Assembly: GCF_006345805.1 (NCBI RefSeq)
Contig: NC_043024.1
Coordinates: 14,880,001-14,944,000 of the forward strand
Reading direction: 5' to 3'
DNA: 64,000 nt
DNA from: Octopus sinensis
Lineage: Eukaryota
Position 1 is the first letter of the stretch, and each line of letters begins with the position of its first letter. Below, in pieces: positions 12,504 to 24,465 of the stretch. The notes under the pieces are model-generated. The model searched no databases and was not told where the DNA came from. It was given only the letters and a program-made list of their open reading frames with translations. The translations under genes and the position numbers were made by a program.

Positions 12504-13744
12504 CTGGGTCATCCCATAAATAATATGGTCTTTTTATTCTTCTTTTACTTTTCAAAATTCAGATAAAGTTCTTTTTTAATCTAAAATATACTCTCCTTCA
12601 TTTTCTACAATGCTCTTCCATCTATCTGGTAAACTTGCAAGGCCCCTCTTCCAAAATTCACTTGTCTGTGATAAAAAATACTCCTCCAGTGCTGTACTGA
12701 CCTCGTCTACAGAATTCATATTTTTGCTGTCCAAATGATTTTGAAGACTGCAGAATAAATGATAATCAGATGGGGCAATGTCTGGGGAATATGGTGGGTG
12801 GAGCATCGTTTCCCATTCAAACTGTTCCACCCTTTGGAATGTCATCCTCGCTATATGTGGCTGAGCATTATTCTGATGGAAGATTACCTTTCGTCTTGTA
12901 ACCAAAGATGGTCGTTTTTCTTCTAGTGCTGACTTAAGCCACTCAACCGACTCACAGTGGATCTCCTTTTTTATCATTTGGTTTGGGTTTAAATGTTCAA
13001 AGTGGACTAAATTTTCATATCCCACCAAACAGATAACAACACTTTACATTGGTGAAGACCTTCTTTAGTCTGTGGTGCGAATGTTTCTCCTTTCCCTACC
13101 TACTGTCTTTGGTGCTTGACATTTTTATAGAGAACCCATTTCTCGTCACCAGTCACTTTTTGGTCCCAGAAAAAGATTCATTCATGAGATATGACAGCAA
13201 AGAAGAGCACACATTCACTCTCTGTGTGCGATTAGACTCAGAAAGTTTGTGAAGAACCCATTGACTCAATTTTCTGACTTTTCTGATGGCATGCAGGTGT
13301 TAATGAATGGTTGACCGACCAAATCCAAGCTTCTCTGCTAGTTACTCAACAGTTACAATTTGATTTTGTTCCACCAGGGTTTGTAGGATGTCCTCTTTGA
13401 GCCCTACAGATTTTTCAGGACACTAGTCTTCTAGGCTGTAGTTTCTGGCTCAGAATTTCTGGAACTACTGTTGACACTGGATCACGCTTACTGTCCGATC
13501 CCCATATACTGCATTAATATTTCTCATCCTTGTCTTTATTGAACTCATAAAGCAAAATATGCTCCTTTGTTATTTCCATTATAGCTTTGAAAAAAATAAC
13601 TTAAAATTGAACTGCACTAAGAATAAATACAAAGTAAAATTACTACCTGCTTTTATAGCAAGTTGATGCAGGTAATTTATCCTGTCCTCCTCCGACTTTT
13701 ACTTCATGCAGCTGAAAAACTGCATTATTTATGGGATGACCCAA
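12504..13744 (-). mobile_element. Full-length defective mariner (DD34D type)
   Basis: TIRs (t/c)tgggtcatcccataaataat, TA on both sides; WVLHKL, VTGDEKW and YSPDIAPSDYHLF motifs; stops and frameshifts; second Asp replaced (HQNNA). Confidence 0.95.
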
Positions 13745-13750
13745 TATATA

Positions 13751-14293
13751 TCACATGGTAAAATGCGAGCATAAAAAGTAATATTCCTAAGATTATAAAC
13801 CTGGAAAAGTACAGGACGAGTTATTACACCTGTAAAAGTATAGGACGAGTTATTACACCTGTAAAAGTATAGGACAAGCTATTACTTCTAGTAAAGTAAA
13901 GAATAAGAAACTTTTTACTTAGAATATTGCAGTAAAGAATGCCAGTTCTTCTAATTTATCAATCTTTACAGTTCTCATCTTTTAAATTTATTGTACAAAA
14001 CTGTTCAGCTAATTCGTAAGTTTGTCTAATTAGTCACTTTGTTCTGTATTTAAGGTAGTAAATTGGCCAAATTCTACTTAAATAGGTATAGTGTTATTTG
14101 TAAACTATAATAAAATAAGTTTTACTATTCCAATTTTAATTTAACTGCAATATTTTAAGTAAAAGGTTTTTTTATTTTTTACAAGAAGTAATAGCTTCTC
14201 CTATACTTTTACAGGTGTAATGATTTGTTCTGTACTTTTCTAGGATTATAATCTTAAGAATATTACTTTTCATGCTCGCATTTTTCCATGTAA
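13751..14293. mobile_element. Foldback/MITE with ~190-bp TIRs containing short tandem subrepeats
   Basis: tcacatggtaaaatgcgagcataaaaagtaatattcctaagattata... is inverted at 14140-14293; ttattacacctgtaaaagtataggac is repeated in the left arm. Confidence 0.75.
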
Positions 14294-15624
14294 TCCATGA
14301 TTTTTCCAGGTATTGCTGTTATAAGATAATTAATAATGTGTCAATTAATAATTTAAGATTTTACCTTATAAAATACTGAATGATAATATTTCAATTTTTT
14401 TCATGTTTAATTTAAATATATGTTGTGATTGAATTATTTGATATTACCCATCCACACCAAATTAATGGCAGGGAATTTTACTATGTTGTTGGTTGCACCA
14501 TGGCTCACCAAAAGTTACAAACAACAAGATCCCAAAACCATCAGTTACCAGGCTCACCTTAAGTAACCTAATTTTGCAATATTAGGAGGTCACAGGAATT
14601 CATTTAACAAAAAAAAAATTCCAATGATTCCAGGCTTGGGAGGGGGGTGGAGAGAAACCCCCACCTCATTTTTTCTAAACCAAAATATTGGATTTGCAGC
14701 ATATTGGGAGGTCAGGGTACTTGATTCTACACAAAATATCAAATTTTTTGTTTTTTCTTTCTTAGTGAAAATGTTGGGTCCTCTGGGTGCTAGGATAAGA
14801 TGCGGATGAAAATCATGCAGGTGTTGATATAGAAATTTACCATAATGTTGTTATTTAGCTTCAAATCAACCCTGATGATGCAAACCAATCATCAAAGACA
14901 TTCCAGCCTTCAGCAAATTGTCTTTCTAGGGATAATCTAGGACATTACATAAAATGGGCATGTGATTTAGGTAGGGGGATACTTTGGCTGCTATTTTTAG
15001 TGTGTTGAGCGACCAGGTAGAGGCTCTTTCATTGGTTTGATTGCGTGATGAGATTTGTTTACACATATATGTAATATGTATATATATAATCAGCAGAAGT
15101 TGGAGATTAAGTCAAAAGCTGAGAGTTTCATATATTGGCACATATCAAACATGAATTTGTCCATTGTCACTCTAACTTCTGACGAAATAACTTCTAAAAT
15201 ACAAAATCTGAGAAAATATGAGGCGGTTGTGGGATGTGTAAGAAACAACAAGGCAAGACTTCTGCCTGTCTCCCCCCCCCCAAAAAAACCCCAACCCTTT
15301 AAAAAAAATTTTTTTTTGACACCAAATCCCGCCTCTTTTCAGCTACAGGGAATATGAAACTGAAAAAAAAAATTGGCAAAAATCGACATTTCTAAATAAC
15401 CCCCCCCACACACACACACACACACACACACATCCATTTCCTTCATTTTAAAGTTTTTTCACAATTTTTTTTTCAAAATATGCGGGAAAATACGGAGATT
15501 ATGATTCTGAAAAAAATTTCCCAAAATCTTTGTAAAATTTTTTTTTTAAGAATTTTTTTTTTTCCAAAATATGCGGAAAAATATAGACATAATGATTCGG
15601 ACAAAAATTTCAAAACATTTCCGT

Positions 15625-15670
15625 ACTTACGGTTACGGTGTTAGGGTTAGAGTTTTAGGGTTAGGGTTAG
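15625..15670. repeat. Short degenerate (TTAGGG)n-like tract inside an unclassified repeat (about 15250-15900, related to 43180-43380)
   Basis: gttagggttagagttttagggttagggttag; ggagattatgattctgaa recurs at 43316. Confidence 0.55.
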
Positions 15671-16723
15671 TGTTGGGGAAAAAAAGTCAAAATTTGAAGA
15701 AGTTGGGGGGGGGGGGATAAAAAATTTCACAATGTCGATTTTTGGCAATTTTCCGGAAAACCTCCGTATCCGAAAACGGGATTTTTGTGAAAACAAAAAA
15801 AATTACAAAAATAAACAAATTTGAGAGAAAATGTGGTGGGGGCGAAGTGTTTCCAACAACAGCTAAATCTATCTTAAATCACGTTTTCGTTTGAATTTCT
15901 TTTTTTTTATACCTGTTCCCTGGATGCAGCACGGATCTTTGTCAGTGAACAGGTCGCGGTCTTAAAGCGACGAAAATATTTTGACAAATTAAACTTAAAT
16001 GTTGAAGTGAACCGAACGGCTTTTGCGTGTTTCTTAAATGGAATACAAACACCTTCCACGCTGCAATTGTTTTTAAAATTGTTTTCATAAAAAGTTTTCC
16101 ACCATCGTTTCCAAGACCGTGATGCAAAAAACAATAATAAAATGGGAAAATACCCACCAAAACGGAGAAAATCCAACTTATGTAAGCATCCTGATCCGAA
16201 ACTCCGCCATCAATAGCAATTTTCAATAGTTCATTAAAATTCTATTGAAATGGTGTCATGTCCTAAAATCTCATGATTTATTTACCTCCATACCTCTTAG
16301 AAATGTGCCAAAACTCAAATCCCTGTGGCTTGTAGTTTTGGAAAACACTGCAAAAACGACCATTTGTTCAGGTAAATATTTAAAATATTGCCAAAAAATA
16401 AAAAGTTTTCTTTCCAGCAACCTTTAAAAAAAGGGGGCGGGAGGAGCAACAATTGGTCACTATTCATTTGTGTAATTTGGAGGTGATGATCACCTCAGTT
16501 TCAAAGATATGACATGACAAATATAGATGCTTATTCATTTAGGCAATATAGACAAAATTTTGACCAAATCGTTGACCAATCAAATTGTTGTATTTCCTAA
16601 AATATTCAACCAAATGTTTCTTTTTGGCCGTTCCGTTTAAAAATTCAATGATTATATTTATATTAACAATACTGAGTTCCTGTTGGGATGGCAATTCTTC
16701 CAAATTAGTACACGATGTCGTTC

Positions 16724-16790
16724 ACTTACACAGCCTTCCTTCGTAACCAAGAAAGCGGCTTAGGCCGAAGAAGAGGTGAAATGACGTCGT
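16724..16790 (-). promoter_or_regulatory. Candidate non-coding first exon and donor for the 414-aa ZNF gene
   Basis: CpG-containing patch with TGACGTC at 16782-16788 and a minus-strand GTAAGT donor at 16729-16724; inference only. Confidence 0.3.
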
Positions 16791-17497
16791 CTCTTCATAC
16801 CAAAGCTGAAGGACTTCCCAAGATGTTCAAACTATGAAAGTATATAAATAATACTTACATATTAATACAGAGCCAGTGTAGAGATGTCATAATACGCTTT
16901 ATGTTGTACCTATTACATTACACCTTTAATCTAAATTTCATTCGATTCCCTTAAATACAGGGAGACTTGTCAAGTAATACAGGTGTGACTGAAACGTCAG
17001 GTGTTAATTAATTAGGAAAACTGAACAATTAACTGACAGGGGAACTAACTCTAGATCTAGTTTCAACATCAGTCCCGGTGTAACGATTTCAAATCGATTC
17101 TTCGTCCTGGCCGTATTATTTCAAATTAACCACCTCAAAACCTTCCCCAAATATTCGCCGTTTCGACTGCATATAAAAGAATTATTGCTATTATCATTCT
17201 CATACTTACTTTTCCATTCTGTGATTTATAACTACCAATAGGAATGGTAGTTTTTGTAAAATCTGTCTGCTTATAATATAGCTCCCGATTGGTTGGTACC
17301 TCTTTTTGTTTAATTACATATATAGATGTGTGTATCGTTGGTTGGCGGGATGCAGACACGCCCAGTTCTCGTTAATGCGTAAGAACAAAAATACGGATAT
17401 TGTGTCCGTGTCCCACTTTCACTCTCTGACACAAACACAAACACACATCTCTGGAGATGATCGATAAGGATCTTTAGCTTAACTGATTAAGATACAA

Positions 17498-17713
17498 GGT
17501 ACTACATAAGAAGAGCGGTCTCGGTGCGCGCACTCGCGCTAGCTAGTCGTGACTAGTCGATCATTACTTTGTGTTTTTGTGTTTTATTTACTTTGTTTTT
17601 AAAAAATTATTTACTTTGTGTAAAAAAATTTATATATTTTGTGTTTTATTTACTTTGCTAGGTAGTCGTTGTAGGATCGACTAGTCACGGGACCATTCTT
17701 CTTAAGTAGTACC
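17498..17713. mobile_element. Mutator-like MITE
   Basis: TIRs ggtactac(a/t)taagaaga...cgtgactagtcgatc; perfect 9-bp TSD aagatacaa at 17489-17497 and 17714-17722. Confidence 0.88.
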
Positions 17714-18139
17714 AAGATACAATTATTAGTGAGAACAGGAAATTTCTTAAATAATTTGACAGAATCCTGGTTAAAGTACCCCATAAAACTTCTTTCTATT
17801 TTTTGAAATATTCCGAAAATTTTTTGCGATTTTGTGTTCTACACACGGGAATTTATACAGTTATGCGAAAAGAAAAAAAAATGAATTATTACCCCCTCCC
17901 TCACCAAACGAGTGCGTGTGTGTGTAGATGTAAGAAAAAACCCCCTTATAAACCCGCCAACATTTTCTGAAAAATCCCCAAACTAAAAGAATAGTTATGA
18001 GGGATTGTGTGGGATGTTTAAACTAAAATTTTGCCTCAATATTGATTTCCTGTATGAGAAGGTGCTAAAAAATTTCTGGTTTGGGGTAAAAGAAAATACA
18101 GGATTGTCAGTTTATTATGATTATATTCAACCACTAGTA

Positions 18140-18250
18140 AGGTGGCGAACTGGCAGAAACGTTAGCACGCCGGGCGAAATGCATAGCCGTATTTCGTCTG
18201 CCGTTACGTTCTGAGTTCAAATTCCACCAAGGTCGACTTTTCCTTTCGAC
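18140..18250 (+). mobile_element. tRNA-derived SINE family A, 5' part
   Basis: ggtggcgaactggcagaaacgttagcacgccgggcgaaatgc...gagttcaaattcc, with A-box and B-box. Confidence 0.8.
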
Positions 18251-18838
18251 TGCTGCTAAAATGACAAGGGACATGCAAGTCTCAAGCTATCTACTTTTTA
18301 AACTTACAGACACACTTGAGTCAAGTCGAGAACATGTAGATCAGTGTTTCTTTTTGACAGGACAATTGGCCGTATGCCAAGGGGGAGAACTTCCAGACTC
18401 GGTTTCAAATCTCAATTAGGGAGAGAAATTGTATTTCCACATTACCCCCTTCCTAGCCAGCTTTTCGAGAAACGAAAGTCGAACGATTCAGCAGGACATT
18501 ATCTACGAAAGTGCAATGGTTTAGGGTATTTTGTGTATGCTAGGAAAGGTGCATGCGTGCGTGCAATAAGATAAAACACATTGCAAAAAGGAGTAAAAAA
18601 TGTAGATGCAAGAGATTGTAACAATACATAGGAATGAAAAAGTTCAAACAAAATAAAGTTCGTTGTTTGAAATGAAATAAAAATTTTTTTGTTCATATAC
18701 TCTTAATTTTTGTGTTTGTGTGTGTGTTACAGAGTCAATTGGGTTATATGGGCAGAAATTGTGTATAACCATGAAAATGTTTTGACATATTGAATCAGAT
18801 GCTTTCAATTAAGTAATGATCAGCTGGAGAATTTGTAC

Positions 18839-19711
18839 TTATCTTAAAACCTGCATGTATCTCGCAGGCCATCGGACCATTCTTCCCGATGTGGTGTGCA
18901 CAGGTTGTGAAGAAATTGGGGTACTTGTGAAGGGTGAAGTTGTTGTTTTGGCCATTTCAGAAACGGTGGGAACTGGTGGTAAATCTGATTCGATGAATGC
19001 TTTGCTTTTTCAAGCAATCAATGCTGACTTAATTTTATTTTCTATTCATATCAAGAACGAAATACTTTGGTTTTCTGTCAATTACTTTGTAGGGCCCAGA
19101 CTAAAACATACATCCATGTATTGATGTCGTTTGGGGCATATGTAGCGACATTTTGCTGTTGAGGACTTACAGGTAAAAGATCAAACGACTGGCATACTTT
19201 GATGGAAATTCCTGTACAGAAACAGGTGTGATCATTTGACTGGGTAAGACTAGTGGCAGTGAAAGCGTTCGACCATGCCATTTGCTGTGGGGTGATATGC
19301 TGTTGTGCAGGTGTGTTTATACCTAAGGAGACGAGTCAGCTCGGTAAAGAGGTGAGAATCATACTGATGTCTTCTGTTGGTGGTGACTGTCATGGGTGTA
19401 TCAAAATGCAAAACCCAGTGAAATACTAATGCTTTGGTGAAAGTTTCCACCGAAGGCTCCAACAGTGGGAAAGTTTCAGGTCACCGAGAAAATTGATCAA
19501 TACAGGTAAGAAGGTGTGTGCAATTTTGGGAAGGTCCCACAATGTCTATGTGCATGTGCTGGAAAATGGGCATCAGGTGTCGCAAATAAACTGACCGGAA
19601 ATTGAATGTGCCAGTGAAGCTTGGTTTTTTGGCCTGCGATACAGCTCCTGGCCCATTTACGGATGTCCTTGTTGATACTGGCCCACATAAAATGGGTTGA
19701 TATCAGCTTTT
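18839..19711 (-). pseudogene. Gypsy-type integrase relic
   Basis: WARSCIAGQKTK, TTAYHPTANGMVERFH, VSIDCLK and TTSGRMVRWPARY across frameshifts; stop at 18839-18841. Confidence 0.88.
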
Positions 19712-19779
19712 GCACATTATTTACATTGGACAGATATGTGTCCTCATCTTGTTTGTTGTTACCACAACATTTCGGCTGA
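19712..19779 (-). repeat. Local inverted copy of the 3' half of element C (20141-20207)
   Basis: Shares the copy-specific variants gtggtaac and gacacatatc with 20141-20207. Confidence 0.85.
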
Positions 19780-19953
19780 CTGGTACTTAATTTATCAACC
19801 TTGAAAGGATGAAAGGCAAGGTCAATGCTGCCGGGGTCAACTTTGCCTTCCATCCTTTTGGATGATAAATTAAGTACCAGTTATGCACTGGAGACAATGT
19901 AATCGACTCATCCCTTTTGCCAAATTTCAGACCTTGTGCCTGTAGTAGAAAGG

Positions 19954-20207
19954 ATTATTATTATTATTTATTCAAGGCACTGCCTGGAATTGAACTCGCA
20001 ATCTTGGGGTTAATAGCCTACACTCTTAACCATTACGTTATATGCCCCAGCAAAAAAAAACCCAAAAAAACCTTAGGAATGAGAACCCAGGGTTGAGTTC
20101 AAAATTCCACCAGGACACCTGATGAAGGCTGGAGAGTAAATCAGCCGAAATGTTGTGGTAACAACAAACAAGATGAGGACACATATCCGTCCAATGTAAA
20201 TAATGTA
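19954..20207 (+). mobile_element. Element C copy: inverted tRNA-like head, body, minimal hammerhead motif
   Basis: tRNA-like head on - at 19975-20048; body ccttaggaatgagaaccc...; gacac-ctgatga-a-ggctg..cagcc-gaaa-tgtt at 20114-20154. Confidence 0.75.
20114..20159 (+). ncRNA. Minimal type-I hammerhead ribozyme motif, slightly decayed
   Basis: CUGAUGA 20119-25, stem II GGCUG/CAGCC, GAAA 20147-50, A(U)GU-U site, stem I GACAC/GUGGU with one mismatch. Activity untested. Confidence 0.6.
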
Positions 20208-20552
20208 CAGGGTTCCTCTTCTCTAAAATATAGAAACAGTATCAGCTTTTGCATGGAACAGATATATCTATGGAAGCCCGCACATGCAACGTTTTCGACA
20301 GCCACAGACTTTTCGATCAAATCTTGTACTTAACCTGCGTGCCACTTGAACTCTTGTACATAGACTTGAACTCTCTTTGCATTTCAAATACTGCTTTTTA
20401 CCTTTTAAGGATCTGGGTACTTTCTTGTCAAGTTTGTAATTTTAGCTTATTATGTTCTGTTTGTTTGCACTGCACACCTTCCTTTCTTTACAATCAACAC
20501 TCAATTCCACGGCAACTCATTTCACTAATTTCATATTTTCTCTCTTTTCCTC

Positions 20553-20943
20553 TTTTTACTTGTTTCAGTCATTTGACTGTGACCATGCTGGAGCACCGCC
20601 TTTCATCGAGCACATCGACCCCAGGGCTTATTCTTTGTAAGCCTAGTACTTATTCTATTGGTCTCTTTTGCCAAACCACTAAGTTACGGAGACGTAAACA
20701 CACCAGCATCGGTTGTCAAGCGATGTTGGGGGGACAAACACAGACACACAAACATACACACACGTACATATAAATATATATGCGCAGGAGTGTCAAATAG
20801 CTTGCTTACCAACCACATGGTTCCGGGTTCAGTCCCACTGCGTGGCACCTTGGGCAAGTGTCTTCTACTATAGCCTCGGGCTGACCAAAGCCTTGCGTGT
20901 GGATTTGGTAGATGGAAACTGAAAGAAGCCCGTCGTATATATG

Positions 20944-21007
<64 letters not shown>

Positions 21008-21410
21008 ATATATATATATATGTATGTATGTATGTGTGTGTGTCTGTGTTTGTCCCCACAACATCACTTAACAACCGATGTTGGTGTGTTTACATCCCCA
21101 TAATTTAGTGGTTCCGCTAAAGAGACAGATAGAATAAGTACTAGGCTTACAAAGTCCTAGGGTCGATTTGCTCGACTAAAGGCGGTGCTCCAGCATGGCA
21201 GCAGTCAAATGACTGAAACAAGTAAAAGAGTAAAGAGTATACATATAGACGACAGGCTTCTTTCAGTTTCCGTCTACCAAATCCACTCACAAAGCTTTGG
21301 TCAGCCTGAGGCTATAGAAGAAGACACTTGCCCAAGGAGCCATGCAGTGGGACTGAACCTGGAACCATGTGGTTGGTAAGCAAGCTACTTACCACACAGC
21401 CACTCCTACG
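20553..21410. mobile_element. Nested SINE B pair: a + copy (about 20775-21240) inserted in the central microsatellite of a - copy
   Basis: The 3' half of the - copy is at 20553-20770 and its 5' half at 21240-21410. Confidence 0.85.
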
Positions 21411-21669
21411 TTTTTGAATGTTCCATATTTTTATATTTTTTCTGATTGGTTGGCCACAGGCATTGCACATTTCATGCACATGCATTGTTCATCTGTTTTT
21501 ATTGCATAGTTTCTGCTACAGGTTGTTCTTTTGAATGTCTGCAATTTCTTTCTTCACCAGCTGACCCAGTTATACACATGCACCACGATATAGTACCTTT
21601 AGAGTTGTTTTTATCATGTCTGAGTTCACTCACCTCCTTTGTCTGACTCTGTGTATGTTGGATGTCAGC

Positions 21670-22783
21670 TCATGCAATCTGCGCTCTTGTCAGGCGTAAC
21701 CTGCCTCTGTTAGATCCCAGGTTGGCCACAAAATTAAAGGTCCTACACTACTCCTCAGCTAGAGAGTTTCACAAACAAAGGAACAAACAATTTAGGAAAA
21801 AGGCTGAGTGCATACAAGTATGTGTTTTAGGACAAGCAAAGTGAAAAGTATTTTGTTGTAGATGAATGTGATGCAAGGCCGAGAAAATCTGCACCCTTGT
21901 CAGGCATAACCTGCCTCTGTTAGATCCCAGGTTGGTCACAAAATTAAAGGTCCTACACTACTCCTCAGCTAGAGAGTTTCACAAACAAAGGAACAAACAA
22001 TTTAGGAAAAAGGCTGAGTGCATACAAGTATGTGTTTTAGGACAAGCAAAGTGAAAAGTATTTTGTTGTAGATGAATGTGATGCAAGGCCGAGAAAATCT
22101 GCGCCCTTGTCAGCATAACCTGCCTCTGTTAGATCCCAGGTTGGTCACAAAATTAAAGGTCCTACACTACTCCTCAGCTAGAGAGTTTCACAAACAAAGG
22201 AACAAACAATTTAGGAAAAAGGCTGAGTGCATACAAGTATTGTTTTAGGACAAGCAAAGTGAAAAGTATTTTGTTGTAGATGAATGTGATGCAAGGCCGA
22301 GAAAATCTGCACCCTTGTCAGGCATAACCTGCCTCTGTTAGATCCCAGGTTGGTCACAAAATTAAAGGTCCTACACTACTCCTCAGCTAGAGAGTTTCAC
22401 AACAAAGGAACAAACAATTTAGGAAAAAGGCTGAGTGCATACAAGTATGTGTTTTAGGACAAGCAAAGTGAAAAGTATTTTGTTGTAGATGAATGTGATG
22501 CAAGGCCGAGAAAATCTGCGCCCTTGTCAGGCATAACCTGCCTCTGTTAGATCCCAGGTTGGTCACAAAATTAAAGGTCCTACACTACTCCTCAGCTAGA
22601 GAGTTTCACAAACAAAGGAACAAACAATTTAGGAAAAAGGCTGAGTGCATACAAGTATGTGTTTTAGGACAAGCAAAGTGAAAAGTATTTTGTTGTAGAT
22701 GAATGTGATGCAAGGCCGAGAAAATCTGCACCCTTGTCAGGCATAACCTGCCTCTGTTAGATCCCAGGTTGGTCACAAAATTA
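21670..22783. repeat. ~210-bp tandem array, about 5.3 copies; partial inverted copy at 23730-23889
   Basis: caggc(a/g)taacc at 21691, 21901, 22111, 22319, 22528 and 22738. Confidence 0.95.
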
Positions 22784-23011
22784 ATGGAGAAAGTTGCTTG
22801 TCTCTCGCAACATGCCAGCCTGCCACACTGTTGACATTTTTGTTAATCTTGGCAAATACCCATGACAACAGCATGACACACATTTCGCTTTTGCACTACT
22901 GTTCAGGCATTTCCCTCTGAATGCAATCCTGCATGAAAAAAATTTAAGACATGGATTGAGAATGTGCTCATTCACTTGCTTTGGCTTAATCCACAGCTGT
23001 CGTCTCTCTCT

Positions 23012-23345
23012 CTCTCATGTATAAAAGGCTCCGCCGGTTACGACGACGAGGGTCCCAGCTGATACGATCAACGGAACAGCTTGCTCGTGAAATTAACGTG
23101 CAAATGGCTGAGCATTCCACAGACACATGTACCCTTAACGTAGTTCTCGGGGATAATCAGCGTGACACAGAGAGTGACAAGGCTGACCCTTTGAAATACA
23201 AGTACAACTCATTTTTGCCAGCTGAGTGGACTGGAGCAACGTGAAATAAAGTGTCTTGCTCAAGGACACAACGCGTCGCCGGGAATCGAACTCACAACCT
23301 TACGATCATGAGCTGAATGCCCTAACCACTAAGCCACGCGCCCTC
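23012..23345 (-). mobile_element. tRNA-headed SINE of a third family
   Basis: Minus strand gtggcttagtggttagggcattc...gagttcgattcccgg followed by gtgtccttgagcaagacactttatttcacgttgctccagtccactcagc. Confidence 0.8.
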
Positions 23346-23454
23346 ACCTCTCATGTATATACCCTCGTGCATACCCTCACTCATGCTGCCTCAGTCACAG
23401 ACTGCCACTTTGCACGCAAGGCGACACTGCTGTTTCGACTCACTTGAATAGATA

Positions 23455-24465
23455 CCTATTTCTTTATTACCCACAAGGGGCTAAACACAGAGGGAACAAA
23501 CAAGGACAGACATAGGTATTAAGTCGATTACATCGACCCCAGTGCGTAACTGGTATTTAATTTATCAACCCCGAAAGGATGAAAAGCAAAGTCGACCTCG
23601 GCGGAATTTGAACTCACAACATAACGGCAGACAAAATACCGCTAAACATTTCACCCGGCGTGCTAACCTTTCTGCCAGCCTTAACCAGCTCATACCTGTC
23701 CTGTATACATTCCCAGAATTTACTCTCATATTCACAATTTTTCTCGGCCTTGCATCACATTCATCTACAACAAAATACTTTTCACTTTGCTTGTCCTAAA
23801 ACACATACTTGTATGCACTCAGCCTTTTTCCTAAATTGTTTGTTCCTTTGTTTGTGAAACTCTCTAGCTGAGGAGTAGTGTAGGACCTTCCTTCTCCCTA
23901 CCTGAGATTCGAAACCAAATCCCCAGCTTGTTGCATGTCAAGCAAGCAAGAAATCCTATGTTTGCATCTTCACACCAAATAATTAATGTGAAACACTTGC
24001 CCTCCAACGACCTTACTGGTCACCAAAAGGTCAGTCTATATAACAGAGACCATTTCCCTTCTCGCCACTTTTGTGTCAGCTATGACCAGGAGCAACACTT
24101 CCCTTCATCCTTCTCTTGCCATACAAAGAGAAGCCTTCAGCCAAACTCAAGAAGGGACGATGTTGCCTTTGTCTTTTCTTCTTCTCTTGTCAGCACAGTG
24201 CAATCTTTACTCTATCTCTCTCTACTAGCAGACCTATTTCTTAATTACCCACAAGGGGCTAAACACAGAGAGGACAAACAAGGACAGACATAGGTATTAA
24301 GTCGATTACATCGACCCCAGTGCATAACTGGTACTTAATTTATCGACCCCGAAAGGATGAAAGGCAAAGTCGACCTCGGCGGAATTTGAACTCACAACGT
24401 AACGGCAGACGAAATACCGCTAAGCATTTCGCCCGGCGTGCTAACGTTTCTGCCAGCTCACCGCC
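23455..24465 (-). mobile_element. Two SINE family A copies (23455-23685 and 24236-24465)
   Basis: Reverse complement of the family A head and tail. Confidence 0.85.

Larger units (their letters stand above)
12424..15209. repeat. Segmental duplication, inverted copy at 39289-42061
   Basis: Identical ORF-track peptides on opposite strands (15055+/39222-, 14624+/39689-); mariner and its flanks are shared. Confidence 0.95.

Noticed and set aside
14872-14890. CTGATGA as a hammerhead core
   Set aside because: No stem II and no GAAA follow.
15625-15670. Interstitial telomere or chromosome-fusion scar
   Set aside because: Only a few degenerate units, embedded in a dispersed repeat; similar motifs occur inside the GGATC element.
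16991-17003. GAAACGTC as a hammerhead 3' half
   Set aside because: No CUGANGA core upstream at a usable distance.
23270-23345. Functional tRNA gene (also considered for 36894-36967 and the SINE A/B heads)
   Set aside because: A- and B-boxes are present but the acceptor stem is not, and each head runs into a repeat body.
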